Assembly: GCA_951406725.2 (NCBI GenBank)
Contig: OX597817.1
Location: 17,484,001 to 17,548,000 of the forward strand
DNA: 64,000 bases
DNA from: Octopus vulgaris
Lineage: Eukaryota
Direction: 5' to 3'
Shown here: in pieces, positions 13,807 to 27,033 of the stretch
How positions within the stretch are numbered: position 1 is the first letter of the stretch
How the letters are laid out: each line of letters opens with the position of its first letter
Translations under genes and position numbers: made by a program
The notes under the pieces: generated by a model
What the model was told of the DNA's origin: nothing
The model's input: only the letters and a program-made list of their open reading frames with translations
Databases searched by the model: none

Positions 13807-13835
<29 letters not shown>

Positions 13836-14379
13836 ATATGTTATACATATAGTTTCTGGCAAAACAAAACCCTGTGAGTGGATATTAAAACAAAACAGTC
13901 AGATATCATTGTCCAACACCATCATTTAATGTCTGCTTTCCATGCTGGTATGGAATATATAGAGAACGATGAATACCAATGTCCCATATGACAGGTATGA
14001 TAATTGTTGAGAATTCTCAGCATGAAACTAGCCTTGTTAACCTACAAGTAAAGAATATTATCCTCTAGTGCAGCATTGAGCACTCATTCTCACTGTTAGG
14101 TATTAACATACATATATAAATATATACACATGTACACACACCACATGAAAAAGCACACCTCAACTGCTATACACAACACACACACACATTACAGATGCAC
14201 ACACTCACATATCAGAGTCACTAGCTCCTATTCATACACACTGTTCTCTCATACACACACATGCACCTTCATTTGGGATCACCAGCACTTTATTATCTCC
14301 CTTTCTTTTAACCTCTTTCAAACTTTTTTCTAATCATTTGCCATGCTTGACTACTAAATCTACAAGTTTTTTTTTCATT

Positions 14380-14539
14380 CTCTTTGTTTATTTTCTCTTA
14401 TTCCTTTCTGTTGAAGAGCATAGACTTGAAACATAAAAGACTTTTTCATTTTTCTGAGCATCAAACTAATACACCTGCTTGCTGTTCATATACTTGTCTT
14501 CATCTTTTGTTTTTCTATAAATTTCAACTACATATATAT

Positions 14540-14575
<36 letters not shown>

Positions 14576-14742
14576 TTTTTATTAAAGCCACAAAATTATC
14601 ATCCAACAAAGAGGAACGTGAAACTCTGAATAATAGTTCTGTGATAATTTTGCAGCTTGAATAAAAAGTATATTACTCTGCCTTTGGTATTCAAGTACTA
14701 TTTTTTCCACCTTGTTTTGCACTTATGTGCTCACTTGAGTGT

Positions 14743-14791
<49 letters not shown>

Positions 14792-14966
14792 AGGGGAGAA
14801 TTCACGAAAAACAAAAGACAAAGACAGGTGGTGTACAAAACAAACAGATGCATTAGTATAACGCTCAGGAATTGAAAAAGTCTTTTACGTTTTGAGCCTA
14901 TGCTCTTCCACAGAAAGAAACAAGGAGAGAAAAAAATGTGTGTAGTGGCTACTGATCTATCATGGC

Positions 14967-14970
<4 letters not shown>
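14380..14970. mobile_element. Inverted pair of Penelope-like repeat ends with degenerate hammerhead motifs, flanking a hairpin element
   Basis: 14380-14530 (+) and 14795-14935 (-) are reverse-complement copies with hammerhead-like cores at 14403-14440 and 14881-14918. Internal stem 14571-14601/14642-14672. Confidence 0.55.
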
Positions 14971-15008
<38 letters not shown>

Positions 15009-16960
15009 GTTTTTTTAGAAAAACATAAATCCAAAGAAGCACACTCCAAGAAGTAGAGCAGTCTATATTCATTACTGGTGAAGGCCAGTTTATAGGGTTA
15101 CCCTGAGTTCCTCACCATAAAGGGTACTTTTATGGCATATCTTCAGACCCTAAGACCTGATGGCCTATGACCTCTTTAAAATATGAAGGAGAAAACGATA
15201 CAGATATAAACATTGGAGATTATCTCCCTTTGGTGCTGGTCCTTGATTTCCAGCTGTGTCGTCCACCTTCAGATACGCCACCTGTCGGCTATGAGGGGGT
15301 TATCTCCTACTCACATCAGCAATCAGTTTCCAGCTGTGGTGTAATTACCACTCATGCCACTATCATTACCATTATGCGGTTCCCAAAACGCTAACAGGAA
15401 TCTCCTGAAATGCAAGCATGACCTAAAAAATCTCTGTTCTGGAGTTCAGTATGGTCCCTGGTACATGTAAGTTTTTCAGGATTTCCATGTGTTCAGCTAC
15501 GCATAGCTTGTTATATATATATTTCTGTGTATGTGTCTCCTTGTTTTGATATTGTGTAATAGTTGTGGGCAAGCATCAATGTCATACAATACATTTATTT
15601 CTAGTCTTTCAGGGAAACATGTTTTGCAAAGGAGAAATATTACCTTACTCAGAAACAGGTGGTGGCTTTGGGTTTAGGAGGAAGACCATCTGGCCATAGG
15701 TAGTCTGATTCATTCAAGCATGAAAAAGTGGACGTTAAAATGTTGATATATATGTGTGTGCTTGTGAGTATTTTTGTGTATGTGTTTGTACATATAAATA
15801 TGTGTGTATAGATATATATTCATCCACAGGCACACAATTTGTTCAATAGATTTCAATCTTCCTTATTTTCATTTTTCCATTATGGTTTATCATTTCCCTT
15901 TGTCTCAAATAGTTGCTACAATATTGTCATGTTCAAAGCTATTATTGTTGGTTGAGATGATTGATGCTGGCAATATCTCACTTGCAATATCACATACTTA
16001 TTACAACGGGGGAGAAAAAATGAGCCAAAGAAAAAAACAAGAAAAAAGAAAGCAACTTTTTTCTTCTGTCTTAAATGTCTTAATTGCAGTTAAATGAAGA
16101 CCTGGAAACATGTTTTGCTAATACACTATCACTAAGAAACATGGCAGAATGCTGCTGCTACTGCTAATAATAATAGTAATAATAATAATGATAATAATAA
16201 CAACAACAAAGCTAATATGGACAGTTTGTTTCTTCTTTCTATATATATATTGCTGCTAATGTGATAACAAACTTTTTTATGTTATTACTATTATTGTAAT
16301 TATGGTATTTTTTTTTTTTATTTTATCCAGTTTCAGCTCACGAGCTGTGGCCATACTGGGGCACCGCCATTTTGTATGATTTTTCTTTCATATATTTATT
16401 TTGTTTCTTAGATATTTAAAAATTCTGACTAGTGTTATTTTATTATCAATTGTTGGCTGTCCAAATCATTATTTCGGTCATGACCTTTCAAGTCTGCGTG
16501 TCTCCAGCCAGTCTGTACTATGGATTACCATGGCCACCATTTTCTTGAACCGTTTCTACCATCTTAAGGGTAATGACCTCAATTTTTATGTCTTCTATCA
16601 TTGCTAGAGTCACAAACATTGTTTCCTTTTTTTACTACCATTTTTGTATGCATTTAATCATTATCTTGGTCAAGCCCACAATTATTTATATTTTGTACCA
16701 TTTCTAAAGTCACAACCATCATCTATGTTTTCTACCGTTACCGATGTTTTTTATTGTTTTTTTAAACTTATTTTCTACTCAAATATTCTTTTACATTTTG
16801 TGTATTTACTGTTACTCATCTTCATTTCAACGGATTAATCCCTCCTTTCAATTTCTCAGATCCTTCATTTTTCTGTAAAATGGATCTATCATATACATAT
16901 CAAAAAGAGAAAAAAAAAAAGATACAGAAAGTAAAAAAAAAAAAATTAAAATGTTAGATC

Positions 16961-17000
<40 letters not shown>

Positions 17001-17100
17001 TTCTCTAAAACCCACTTTAATACTTTATTATATTCTTATTGAAATTGAATTAAAGAAATAAATCAGTTATTTTAACAAATTCGTTATTGTCTTTTTGTAT

Positions 17101-17500
17101 ACTCTTTTACTTGTTTCAGTCATTTGACTGCGGACATGCTGGAGCACCGCCTTTAGTTGAGCAAATTGACCCCGGGACTTATTCTTTGTAAGCCCAGTAC
17201 TTATTCTATCGGTCTCTTTTGCCGAACCGCTAAGTGACAGGGACGTAAACACACCAGCATCGGTTGTCAAGCAATGCTAGGGGGACAAACACAGACACAC
17301 AAACACACACACATATATATATATATATACATATATACGACAGGCTTCTTTCAGTTTCCGTCTACCAAATCCACTCACAAGGCATTGGTCGGCCCGGGGC
17401 TATAGCAGAAGACACTTGCCGAAGATGCCACGCACTGGGACTGAACCCGGAACCATGTGGTTGGTAAGCAAGCTACTTACCACACAGCCACTCCTGCGCC
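17101..17500 (-). mobile_element. tRNA-derived SINE (major family)
   Basis: Head ggcgcaggagTGGCTGTGTGGtaag...GGTTCAGTCC (A/B boxes), central (TA)/(CA) tract, tail ggcggtgctccagcatg...gactgaaacaagtaaaagag. At least 12 copies in the window. Confidence 0.9.
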
Positions 17501-17930
17501 TATGTCTTGTTTTTATGTTCTTTACTTACTTAAGCCTTATCACTCTCCATGGAGCATAAACCATCAATGAATTTCCTTCACTGCTCTCAACTCCAGTCTG
17601 TCTTTTCTGCGTCTCTTCAGTTGGATCCCTGCTTTTACAGCTCTTCCTTTCAGATTACACTACATCACGTATGTTCCCCCGAGGGAAGGCCTTCCTCTCC
17701 CAAGGATCATTAGTTCTGAACTGTCATTGGAATTTCTATAACTTTGCTTTTTTCTATATAGAAAGCCTATTTTTACCTTATCGGTCTGGACTCTATTCTT
17801 TAACCTATCCAACATGGAAGGCCCTATCATGAGCTTGCACTCCACTGGCATGGCACTCAGAGTCATCAAAACACATAATCCACCACACTGCAACAAGGAC
17901 TGGACCTTGTAATGGCTAATATTCTTCGGT

Positions 17931-18360
17931 ATCATCATCATCATCATCATCATTTAGCATCCGCTTTCCATGCTAGCATGGGTTGGACGGTTCAACTGGG
18001 ATCTGTGAAGCCAGAAGGTTGCATCAGGCCCAGTCTGATCTGGCAATGTTTCTACAGCTGGATGCCCTTCCTAACGCCAACCACTCCATGAGTGTAGTGG
18101 GTGCTTTTTACGTGCCACCTGCACAGGTGCCAGACGGAGCTGGCAAACGGCCACGGACGGATGGTGCTTTTTACGTGCCACCGGCATGGGGGCCAGGTGA
18201 GGCTGGCAACGGCCACGATCGGATGGTGCTTTTTACATGCCACCGGCACGGGGGCCAGGCGAGGCTGGCAACAGCTATGAACGGATGGTGCTTTTAACGT
18301 GCCACAGGCATGGAGGCCACTCGGGGCGGCACTGGCAACGGCCACGATCGGATGGTTCGC
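17931..18360 (-). mobile_element. RTE-tail element with about four diverged ~62-bp internal repeats
   Basis: (cat)n tail, ggatgcccttcctaacgccaacc core, and repeated ggtgcttttacgtgccacc units. Confidence 0.8.
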
Positions 18361-19104
18361 TTAATTGTCCCCAATATTTTTTCGATATATTATTTCGGTA
18401 TATTACTTCATGTTTAGACCCAGGTCAGCTCAGTTTGAGCATTCTAGCTGTGACCATCCAGTTTAATTTTTTAAATTTATTTATTTAGAACTATACTGGC
18501 TAATATGTCTTTTTTTTGTTTTTTGTCAAGATGCCAGGGTGATTTGAAAAAGGTTTGGCTGTTATTTCTAGCAGGTCAAGTGGTTATATAGAGATTCCCA
18601 TGTTGGATCAGAAGGATGACTAATTGGAGATTAACTGAAAACACTACATTAAATCGCTTAAAGTATTAAGATTTGTTTTATCACTTTGTTCTGAGTTCAA
18701 ATTCTGCTAAAGGTCAAATTTGACTTTCATCCATTTATTGACAAAGCAAGCAATGTCAATGAAATATGTAAATAGACTTTTATTCTCATTACAGATATAG
18801 TTTTAATAGATTAACAATTCTTTTTAGTTCATTACATTAAGTATGTCATTACGTGCTTAACTATATGTTCTGCATACAGAAAGTATTCCTAGGAAATTTT
18901 CCTGTATCATTATTGGAGTGAAAATCCCTAATATGCAAATGGTTTTATACACAGTATGTTCATAAGAGATACTACCTCTGGATGAATACCATACTAAATT
19001 TGCTGTTTTGCAATATACTTATATTAAGTATGATACATGGATGTCTATTTTAATCTAATACTGCCTTTGATGTATATAACAGCTTTTTATTAAAAAAAAA
19101 CAAA

Positions 19105-19333
19105 AAAACACCATCTGGGCGTGGTCGTTCGCCAGCCTCGTCTGGCACATAAAAAGCACCCACTACACTCACGGAGTGGTTGGCGTTAGGAAGGGCATCC
19201 AGCTGTAGAAACACTGCCAGATCTGACTTGCCGGGTGCAGCCTTCGGGCTTCCCAAACCCCAGTTGAACCGTCCAACCCATGCTAGCATGGAGGGCGGAT
19301 GTTAAACGGTGATGATGATGATGATGATGATGA
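19105..19333 (+). mobile_element. RTE-tail element
   Basis: ggagtggttggcgttaggaagggcatccagc...catgctagcatgg...(gat)n. Confidence 0.8.
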
Positions 19334-19630
19334 TAGTTAATTGCTGCACGGTGACTGTTCAATCACTGTTCTCCTATATCACTAGCAATGCATTTTGTCT
19401 TAGCATGCAGTTGAATGTGAGAATGTGCTACTAAGAAAGCTCAATGAGGCAGAAATACACATCTGGCATTCTCACCTGTTGGACGAATACCACAGTAAAT
19501 TTGCTGTTTACCAACAAATTTTACACTGCGTGAAGTGAAATATTCCTTTAGAAATATTACAACCTTGTATTTGTCTCCTAGAAATCCTATGACAAATACT
19601 GCCATTATATTTGTTTATTTCTTATATTCC

Positions 19631-19858
19631 TTAACCCTTTTGTTACCAATCCGGCTGAAACCGGCTCTGGCTCTGAGTACAAATGTTTTGTTTTCATAAG
19701 TTTTGAATTAAAATCTTCCACCAAACCTTAGTCACAATTTATGTTCCTAACACTAGCTGAATGATAACTAAGTTAGTTTACTAAATTCTTTGTTATATCT
19801 AAAGTAATTGAAAGAAACACACAGTATCTCAAAATAAATACAGTAATGAAAGGGTTAA
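19631..19858. mobile_element. piggyBac-type MITE, family A
   Basis: TTAA-CCCTTTTGTTAC ... GTAATGAAAGGG-TTAA. Confidence 0.75.
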
Positions 19859-20239
19859 GGCGAATATAAAAGGGTAGCAATTTGACAACCCCTATGTATA
19901 CTAAAGCAACAGATGCATATTAACAGTTTAGCTACCTTTGTTTCACTTCACTTTTAAATGAAGAATTTAGTAAAATAACTGTCATTAGCAAGCTGGTACT
20001 TAAAACAAATTAACATAAAATTGTGATGGAAGACATTAATTTAGGACATTAATTTAGCACACTTTAAAACATGAAATTTGTGTCATAGAACTCAAGAGAA
20101 AATGAAGATTGTCAACATTTTATGTCAGCTGAAGATTCTTGAAAATAGTATTTGTATATGCTTTTACTGCACACTTAGTAACTGAAAACTTGAGAAGCAT
20201 CAAGCAGTTTATGACATTTGATGAAAATATTAATAGAAC

Positions 20240-20475
20240 CTATTTCTTTACTACCCACAAGGGGCTACACACAGAGGGGACAAACAAGGAGAGACAAACA
20301 GATTAAGCCGATTATATCGACCCCAGTGCGTAACTGGTACTTAATTTATCGACCCCCGAAAGGATGGAAGGCAAAGTCGACCTCGGCGGAATTTGAACTC
20401 AGAATGTAGCAGCAGACGAAATACTGCCAAGCATTTCGCCCGGCCTGCTAACATTTCTGCCAGCTCACCGCCTTA
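20240..20475 (-). mobile_element. Second SINE family (tRNA-like head, conserved core ctttgccttccatcctttcggggtcgataaattaagtaccag)
   Basis: A-box-like gagctggcagaaatgttagc and B-box gagttcaaattcc. Similar copies at 24400-24600, 36570-36792, 37205-37650, 45130-45372 and 54230-54440. Confidence 0.75.
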
Positions 20476-21323
20476 AATAATACCTTAAATCTGAAATCTA
20501 TTCTGCACCTCACATTCAAGATCCGTTTACTTTGATATTGTTTTATGAAGTCTCAGGTCAACTGAAACCCTTTCAAAATCGTAAGTTATCTAAGGTAGAC
20601 CATCTCTTGTAGTATCCTTACATTGATGATAAACAATTAAAGAGGGTTGTTATCACTGACTGCAAACATCTTATCTCCAAAATGGAACTTCTATTTAACA
20701 GTTCATCCCTTAGACGTCTGTGCCAAATGAATTAGAATTTTTGGAATTACCTCCACACATTAACAACACAACCTACTTGGAGCAGAAGCAAACATTCAAA
20801 AGAAACATTGAAGAAGAGCAGCAACATACTAATGGATGTCCCATACAGCAACAATCCAAGTTCAAAATCTTTTTTCCTTTGTTGCTGGTTTTGGTAGCTC
20901 CTGAAAGGCATATTTCTATCAAACATTTTATTGAATAGTTAGTAGCATATTTAGTCCAACCATTTCTCTCTCTTGCACCAAGTGAGTGCACTGTTCTACC
21001 AAAGTTTTTCTAAAGCCCATCCAAATTTCCATATTCCACTTTCATTGACAGGGGTTTGACTGCAACATTGATGTTAACAGCAAACTGACAAAAATGATTT
21101 GAGACTTTGGTTTTATGTGTTGGAATGAAGCCCCACAAATATTAAAGTAGGTATATTAAGCAAATGACTGCACACTTTGTGATCTGTTGCAAAATTGTTA
21201 ACTTTTTGATGGCAAGATCATAGTATTTCGAGACAATTTTCAAAAAGTTCTTCTCATCTTAAAAAAATTAGTGGAGCAGCTAAGGTGAACAAATGAGAAC
21301 TCATTCTTCACTTAGGAGAAGAA

Positions 21324-21485
21324 TAGACAACCTGGTTCTGACGAGCTCCCTCGCCAGCACCATATTGATGCCGAGCTTAGCGTGGACACCCGATCGCCAT
21401 AGGAGACCGACTACCAGGACTCCCATCCTCAAACAGGCCAAACAACCAAGCCTCCAAGTAGCTAGATCACAGGAGCATGCCACGG
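21324..21485 (-). pseudogene. 7SL (SRP) RNA truncated copy
   Basis: Minus strand gtggcatgctcctgtgatctagctacttggaggc...ctatggcgatcgggtgtccacgctaagctcggcatcaatatggtg-ctggcgag GGAG ctcgtcag-aaccaggttgtcta matches the metazoan SRP RNA Alu 5' domain, helix 5 and helix 6. Helix 8 and the 3' half are absent. Confidence 0.92.
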
Positions 21486-21926
21486 AATAATAAAACTTAT
21501 TATGAATATGCAATGACCAAATTAAGAGGACCACCATTAAGCTAATTTTCAGCTTTTTGTTGGTGAAAGAAAGGAACAAGTGGATAGCAATGGCAAGATA
21601 GAGCTTCTAAATGATGTTGACATTGTATTGAAATGACAAGTCAAGGTTTTAGCATATCATTGGATCTGGTCAACCAAACCTCATAGACTAAGCAATATTA
21701 TCCTTACCAATGTTGATGATTTTAATAATGAGGAAATTATTAATATTTTTGTTGAAGAAACAACCATTTACAAAAGTCTTTGATTTTTGCATTTGATGAA
21801 CTCAGTCTGTACAATGTTATTCAATGTAATTCCCTATACAGTTGTAACTTTGATAGTGCCCCCCCACCCCATCCTTAGCCATACTTTGACCTTAGCTGTT
21901 ATGAGATTTAAATAAGGATAATGGAT

Positions 21927-22204
21927 ACATTATTTACATTATTTACAATTGACAGATATTTGTCCTCATCTTGTTTGTTAACACGTTTCGGCTGATATAC
22001 CCTCAAGTCTTCATCAGGTGCCTTGAGGAAATTTCGAACCTGGGTTCTCATTCTTATGGTATTTTTCGATATTATTATTATTGTTGCTATTATTGTTATT
22101 ATTATTCAGGTCACTGCCTGGAATCGAACTCAGAATCTTGGGGTTAGTAACCCACACTCTTAACCACAATGCCATATACCCATGGGCATATGGCGTAGTG
22201 GTTA
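21927..22204 (-). mobile_element. tRNA-headed small element with hammerhead-like tail and palindromic 5' end
   Basis: Head TGGCATTGTGGTTAAG...GAGTTCGATTCC, (AAT)n spacer, then ggcac-CTGATGA-a-gacttgagggtatatcagcc-GAAAC-gtgtt. 44-nt imperfect palindrome at 22161-22204. Confidence 0.65.
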
Positions 22205-22402
22205 TTTCATTAACACTTGGAGGGATGAAAGGCAAAATAAAAAACAAAAAAATAAAACATCACCTTCAGCAGCATTTGAACTCAGAACATAGGCAAATGA
22301 AACTAGATATTGCCAGGCATTGGGTGTTGTAATAAAACAAGAATTCAAACAACCCATTTACATGAACACATAATTGAAAGCAGCATAGTAAGAAATGATG
22401 AA

Positions 22403-22795
22403 CAGGAGTGGCTGTGTGGTAAGTAGCTTGCTAACCAACCACATGGTTCCGGGTTCAGTCCCACTGCGTGGCATCTTGGGCAAGTGTCTTCTGCTATAGC
22501 CCCGGGCCGACCAATGCCTTGAGTAGATTTGGAAGACGGAAACTGAAAGAAGCCTGTCGTATATATGTATATATATGTGTGTGTATGTGTTTGTGTGATT
22601 GTCCCCCTAGCATTGCTTGACAACCGATGCTGGTGTGTTTACGTCCCCGTCACCTAGCGGTTCGGCAAAACAGACAGATAGAATAAGTACTGGGCTTACA
22701 AAGAATAAGTCCTGGGGTCGATTTGCTCGACTAAAAGGCGGTGCTCCAGCATGGCCACAGTCAAATGACTGAAACAAGTGAAAGAGAAAAGAGTA
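22403..22795 (+). mobile_element. tRNA-derived SINE (major family)
   Basis: Near-identical to the reverse complement of 17101-17500. Confidence 0.9.
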
Positions 22796-25700
22796 TGGAA
22801 AACGTCATTGTGCCAAGAATAAAACTGGGAAATTGTGACACAAATCTGTTGATCATTCTTACCTGATCACAATTTCCAGTTTGAGTGGCTTTTGTAATGA
22901 TAGTCAATGATTCTTAATATCAATCATTGAGTAACACTGTTTGTTCTTCCTTACTGATCTATTTCTGGAAGGACAATTCTATGTAGCTCTGGCATGAATT
23001 ATTTTTATCGTCAACATCAAATGTCCATTTTCCATGCTTGTACAGGTTGGATGTCTTGACAGGAACTGGAAAAACCAGGGGTCACACCAGGTTCCATGGT
23101 CTGTTTTGGCATGGTTTCTACAGCTGGTTGCCCTTCCTAATGCCAACCACTTTACAGAGTGTACTGGGTGATTTTTACATGGCATCAGCAGTCACACCAA
23201 TGCTTTTTACATGGTACCATAGTTTTAGGATCTCAATTCAGTTGTGGTGAGTGGGTCTACTATATTTTGAGATTAGAATATTTTCAGATTAAAAAACTGT
23301 AAATACTGACAAAAAATGTTAAGTAAATAAAACCTCATTTAAAATTCATACAATAACAAAATGTTTATTTTTATTTATTATTTATAAGTACATAGTTTTA
23401 AGAAAATGATATTTTCCAAACTGATGCAAAAAGGATAAGAGAAAAAATAAAAATAAAAAATAAGGGAATCAAAATATCAAGTCAGATGAAGGATCATTTG
23501 GATTTTGGTTTTAGAAATGTTCTTTTTCTTTTTACAGTAAATAGTAAAATTAATAAAATATTTTAAAAGTTAAAAAATACACACGCACACACACACAGAG
23601 CAACAACAAGTAAACAAAAAATAAAAAAAACAGGATCACACCAGCAGCTATTTTCTTGCTACTAAATTGATATAAATAATATAAATATTTTACAATTTGA
23701 AAACCAAAATGAGTTTTTAGTTAACATGACAAAAAAAATAGTTAAATTAATTACTCGTATACAGACATTTTTATAAATTTTTATTGTAGTCATCATTACC
23801 ATCCTCCTTATCATTACTAGTATTTATCTTTACTATTATTTAAATTTGTTTTTTAAGCTTTCACTCAATGAAGAAAAGATTGGTGTTTATAAAGGGTTTC
23901 TTTTAAGTATCATTTTCATGATCATAGTGATGATGATTATGATAATGAAGATGTGATACCTTAGACATAAGCAATCAGGTACTCTGTATAAACACCGACA
24001 CAATGCCCATAGTGGGATACAAACATATTGGCCAGGAATCAGATGTTCAACACTTAATTGTGTGTCAATGAGGATCATAATGATGACGACAATGATGATG
24101 ATGATGATGATTATAATGGTAATGAATTATAATAGTAATGGTCGATTGTGATAGTGATGATATAGTCATCAGGAGTTATTAATTAGTTATGATAACTTCG
24201 GCAAGTAGAAGGAAGTGTTTTGCTCAAGAATACATTGCATTGCTTGTAATGGGATTGAACTTTTGATACCAGAGACTAAGTAGTGTCCAGTTACCTTACC
24301 CAATTGGCTATCAGTTCTTGTGAGATGAGTACTTCTCAAAACATCAAGATAATGACGATGATTTCTCATTTTGGCACATAGCCACAGATATTTTAAGGGA
24401 GGGATCATAGTTGATTAAATCGACCTAGTATATGACTGGTACTTATTTCATCAACACTGGAGGGATGAAAGGCAAAATAAAAAACCAAAAAATAAAACAT
24501 CATCTTCAGCAGCATTTGAACTCAGAACATTGGCAGATGAAACTAGATATTGCAAGGCATTTAGTCCAGCACTCTGGCATGTCTGTCTGTCGGTCTACCA
24601 GCTTGCTGTTGATGATGGTGATGATGATAAAGAAAAAAGAACACCAGTGATGAGTCACCACTAGTAAGGGGTAAAGGCAGGTATCAGAGACATAGGTATT
24701 GTAGTATAGTTACAAAAGTGAACACTGTGGCTGAAGGTAAAAGAAAAATATGATTATAAAATAAAAATAATAAATAAGAAGAGAGATCAAAGAGCCAAAT
24801 TAAATCAAGAGAAGGGAATATATTGATAAAAGAATAAAGATTATCCTTCAGAGATATTGATTTTTTTTTAGATAAAGAATAGTTAGAAATGTCTTTTGTC
24901 AAATGCAAGTAGTAAATGTGCATTTTTTGTACTATTTATAAGAAAGCTTTCTTTTTCTTTGTTTTGCATTCAATCAGGCAAAACATTCCATGGAATGGCA
25001 ACACCATGGGCAACACCAATTTTATATATATTTATATGTGTGTGTGTTTATACATACATACACACATATATATACATACACACAAATATGTGTGTGTGTA
25101 TAGATAGTTAGAGAGAGTAAATGTTTTTTTATCAAACTAAAACATTTAAAAAAGATTTTTATCAAACAAAAATAGTAAATACAGCAATCATTTTGAGTTA
25201 GTTATTTTATGAGATAAATTAAAAATAATTTCATTAAACAGACCAAAATCATAGTGACATTAGCACCAATACCACTTTTCATTTACTTTTTTTTACTTTT
25301 GATATATTTTTGTTTTGACATATTTCAAGGGAGCAAACACAAAAGACATAAAAAGTTAATTTAGGATATTGTTGAGATTGTCCTAATGGAACCAGTTAGT
25401 ATCATTATTACTGCAAAATGTATAAGATTACTATTTTAAAAGCTGTCATCATCATTACTCCAAACAGTTCTCCATAAAAAATAAGAGGGTTTATAAAGCA
25501 ACACTTATGCAGAAGAGAACTGAATACTTAAGACTCGAGAAGACTATGCAATAAAATTTTGGCTCATACCAGTGCATATGATTCTCCTCTTTTTGCAGGC
25601 ACTGTGATGTGTCATTGGAGCAACTTGTACATGCTGATACCTCTATGTGTAATAGTAACCAATAAGGGTGGAAGTGAAGTTTCTAATTGTTAAAGAAGCT

Positions 25701-26950
25701 TATGTTGTGATAAATTAGTGAGTGCTGGTGTTGTCATGTTTTTGAAACATAGTAAGGGGAAAAAAATGAAGTAGTATTTAAAATAGCGAATATGAATTGT
25801 AGATGACAAAACTGATTTTGTTTGTGCTTTATATCTTTTCCTTCAAAATAAACATAACAAAGTTGTTACAAATATTAGAACGGAATAAATAATGTAATTT
25901 ATTATATTAAACCCAATATTGAAAATGAGTGGCAAAAATTTTAAATCAAAACAAAATTTAGAAATTTAATTTATAAATTCACACATAAATACACTTGTGA
26001 ATACTTGTAATATACAAAGAACCTTGTGTTGAGCTTGGGCAAGAGAGAGAGAGAGAGAGAGGCATTCCAATGACTAAAGTCGGTCATAGAGCATCACCAA
26101 AGACATTAATTGTAAGAGAATGCAGTCTGTCAAAGCTCATTTCCTCCCCCAAAGAAACTAAATTAAACACAGCAAGCTAACAAATCAGTCCTCAATTTTA
26201 CAATGTTCCTGCCTACAGTTATGAGTTACATTTCTCTGTGAACCAATTTATAGTAAGAGGTCAGGGATTCTGAGAATTTAGTGCATTGGCAAATTGTATT
26301 CTAGTATTCTGCCAACTAAGCAATCTGGAAATTTATATGGTATATTACAGAACCCAAACAACACTATATATTCTCAATATTTTGATTGTAGGCATCAGAA
26401 TTAACTTTCTTTCAAAGAAATACATTATTTCCATTGAGATGAAATCTAAATATCTTCTAGAACAGAAACATTTCATTTGTTAGTTAAGAAACCAATTATA
26501 GATTACAAATTCATTTTTAATTTTTGGGTTTTTTTTATAGATAAAATATAATTGTGTGATTTCTTTACAATTAATCTGAAGGAAGAGATATTAATAGTTT
26601 GCTTTCAATGTCAATATACCTTTTTTTAAAAGCCATTAGCATATTTCAAGTTAAAGTAATATACAAACCCAGCAGTCCACCTCTGGCTGCACAGTATGAC
26701 CCCATTTCAGAAGTAAAATCATTTGATACAAGCTCTACAATGACTGATTTGAGGCCCTGTATATAATGTGTGTGTGTTTTATGAATGTCTGACTTAATTG
26801 AGAAAGAGAGAAGCAATTATAGAAAAGAGTCCTATCTATCTTGATTTAGCAAAGTTGTGGCAGATGGAATTGCCCACCCAGTAGTTATTACAATGCATGA
26901 ACTTTGATTTTGATCAACATCTGTCAGGAACATGAGCTCTGCACATGATA

Positions 26951-27033
26951 CTGCATCTGAATTACTAGTGCAACGCTGCACATAAATTACTAGTGCAACA
27001 CTGCACATAAATTACTAGTGCAACACTGCACAT
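26951..27033. repeat. 25-bp tandem repeat, about 3 copies
   Basis: Unit ctgcacataaattactagtgcaaca. Confidence 0.9.

Noticed and set aside
17750-17910. RTE 5'UTR-like segment that might hold an HDV-like ribozyme
   Set aside because: Too degenerate to trace the nested double pseudoknot by eye.
20500-21290. Coding-like stretch, possibly an old DNA transposon
   Set aside because: Stops in all frames and no motif I can assign.
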